Shown here piece after piece: positions 62,201 through 64,000 of a DNA stretch of 64,000 nucleotides (the first letter of the stretch is position 1; every line of letters starts with the position of its first letter). The notes below the pieces were generated by a model. The model was not told the origin of the DNA. It saw nothing but the letters and a program-made list of their open reading frames with translations, and did no database searches. A program made the position numbers and the translations under genes. Source of the DNA: Nemertoderma westbladi (Eukaryota > Animalia > Xenacoelomorpha); the NCBI GenBank assembly GCA_032718475.1, contig JAUCBJ010009078.1, positions 19,571 through 83,570 on the forward strand, read 5' to 3'.

Positions 62201-64000
62201 ACATGCCACACGTGTACTTCCCGGACGGGAACATGACGGATCTGGATCTGCACATGTTTTCCGATGCATCCTTAGAAGCATATGGAGTGGTACTTTATTT
62301 GGTACAGCGAAAGGGGGCTCATAAGCCCAGGCTTGCGTTTAGTAAAGCGAAGTCGACGCCACCAGATTCAGCATCAGTACCGAAACTCGAGCTGACAGCT
62401 GTGAGGTTAGGAGTAAGGGCGACAGCTTACTTGATGGACACTATACCCAACATAGTGGAGACACACTACTGGACGGACTCCATGGTAGTGTTAGGGTGGC
62501 TACACAATGAAAAGACAAGATATCCTATATTCGTTGCGAACAGGATAGACGAGATAAGGGCAACGACCGATCTGGAAAGGTGGCACTACTGCCCAACCGA
62601 CGACAATCCAGCAGATCTGTTACTGAGGGGCATTGTACACCGCACTTTCTCGAGGAAGCAAGAGTTGCGGCAACATGGGCCATGCTTTCTTAACAATAGG
62701 TCGACTTGGCCACCAATGAGGAAGGTGGATCCAGGCACGGAGGAGATAGTAGCAGAAGAGGAGGGAGAGGATTCAGAAGGGGAAGAGATATACAGCCAGT
62801 TGGCGAGGGAGATTAAGGAGGTGCCACCGAAATCGAGAGAACCATGCGATAATCCAATGGATAGGTTGCTCAGTTATAGCTCCAGCTGGTACAAGACTAA
62901 GAAGTTGGTAGCATATTTGAGGGCCTATGGGGATTTCCTCAGGGGAGTTGGCAAGGATACCAAAAGTACATTAACCATTGATCTGGAAGGAGCGGCTAAA
63001 CCCGTGATACGATACGAACAAAGAAAGGGGTATGCTGACGAAGTGGTCAGAGTCAGCAAGCAACAGCACCTTCATCGAGACAGTGAACTCAACCTGCTGT
63101 CTCCGCAATTAACCGATGACGGGATCCTGGTGATGAATTCCAGAGTGGTAAACAACAACAGCCCAGTTATTCCACCGAAACCCATATTAATCCCCAATAA
63201 ATCACCAATAGTCCACCAGATTATATGGGACTCCCATAAATCGATACTGCATGGAGGCACCAATCAGACCCTGACGGAGATACGCAAGACGTTCTGGATT
63301 ATCCAACTTAGGAAGATGGTAAAGGCGGTAGTGGGGCAGTGCCAGACCTGCCGACGGATGAGAAAGGAGAGGGCCGTACAGGAGATGGCCCTATTACCGG
63401 CCAACAGAGTGAAGCATCATGACCCGCCATTCACACACTGCGGCGTAGACATGTTCGGGCCGATTAAGATTAAGGTGATGCGGCACACAGAGAAACATTA
63501 CGGCATAATCTTTGTCAGCAACAACACGAGAGCGGTGGGAATAGAACTTGCACAGGATGCTACGGCATCGGCATTTATCAATGCCTTAGAGAGGTTTGTA
63601 ACCCGCAGAGGGGGGACGGTAGAGGTGTTATATTCGGATAACGGGACCAACTTCGTGGGAGCGGAGAACGAGTTGGCCGAGGCCTTCGACATCCTAGAAG
63701 GAGACGATGTCAGGGCGGCTATGAGAAACATCTCATAAAGTGGGAACGGAGAATGCCATACACGCCGCATACATTAGGGTGTGTGGAGAGACTTGTCAGA
63801 AGCTCCAAACGCCTGGTAGCCAAACTGATGAACAACCATATGGTCACCGAAGACGTATTAAGAACGGTGTTAGCCAAGTGCGAGGGAATCATTAATAGCA
63901 GACCGCTATATCCCGAGAATGACGACCCGGAATCACTGGACGTCCTAACACCAGGTCATTTACTCATGGAAAGGCCGGCGACAATCGACATGAGGGGTGT
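56255..64000 (+). mobile_element. Decayed BEL/Pao LTR retrotransposon (gag-pro-RT-RNaseH-integrase), continues past the right edge
   Basis: Gag ELPPVEPFKFDG and Cys/His knuckles; protease LVDSGAAFT; RT CDIEGMFNQV and FYVDDG; RNase H LHMFSDASLEAYG, PKLEL, WTDS, NPAD; integrase H-H-C-C, GVDMFGP, SDNGTNFVGA. Many stops and frameshifts. Confidence 0.93.
62020..63738 (+). pseudogene. Largest surviving BEL/Pao pol segment (RNase H plus integrase N-terminal and core)
   Basis: 572-aa ORF with YDPLG, FSDAS, VANRI, CQTC and SDNGTNF. Frameshift before the integrase Glu motif. Confidence 0.9.

Noticed and set aside
49942-64000. Active Gypsy or BEL/Pao elements, or an env-like extra ORF
   Set aside because: Both pol genes have multiple stops and frameshifts. 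No additional ORF with envelope-like features is visible.

Overview
Eukaryotic (metazoan, probably marine invertebrate; inferred from the repeat families and spliceosomal exons), repeat-dominated window. Bases 1-15042 are a tandem array of roughly 375 monomers of 37/41/42 bp. It joins directly onto an apparently intact two-ORF APE-type non-LTR retrotransposon (LINE-A, 15043-22848). Its 1435-aa ORF1 carries N/T/S-rich NNFG repeats, a Ulp1/SENP-like (C48) cysteine-protease domain, a coiled coil and a C-terminal RRM-like domain. ORF2 is an uninterrupted endonuclease plus reverse transcriptase. A decayed, RT-deleted relative (LINE-B, ~25910-28303) has its own 35-bp array at its 3' end. Four 5' coding exons of an SLC6 Na+-dependent amino-acid transporter lie on the minus strand (36901->29197), and no further exons are visible. 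A perfect 100-bp inverted repeat brackets two of these exons. The rest is a nest of transposable elements: Mutator-type MITEs with 9-bp TSDs, a TA-flanked Tc1/mariner-type element, Helentron-like non-autonomous elements, tRNA-derived SINEs, decayed RTE and CR1/L2 LINEs, a minimal hammerhead ribozyme, a decayed Gypsy and a decayed BEL/Pao element running off the right edge. The best candidate for something undescribed is the protease-bearing LINE family and its association with terminal tandem arrays. All family assignments come from motifs read by eye; no database search was run.
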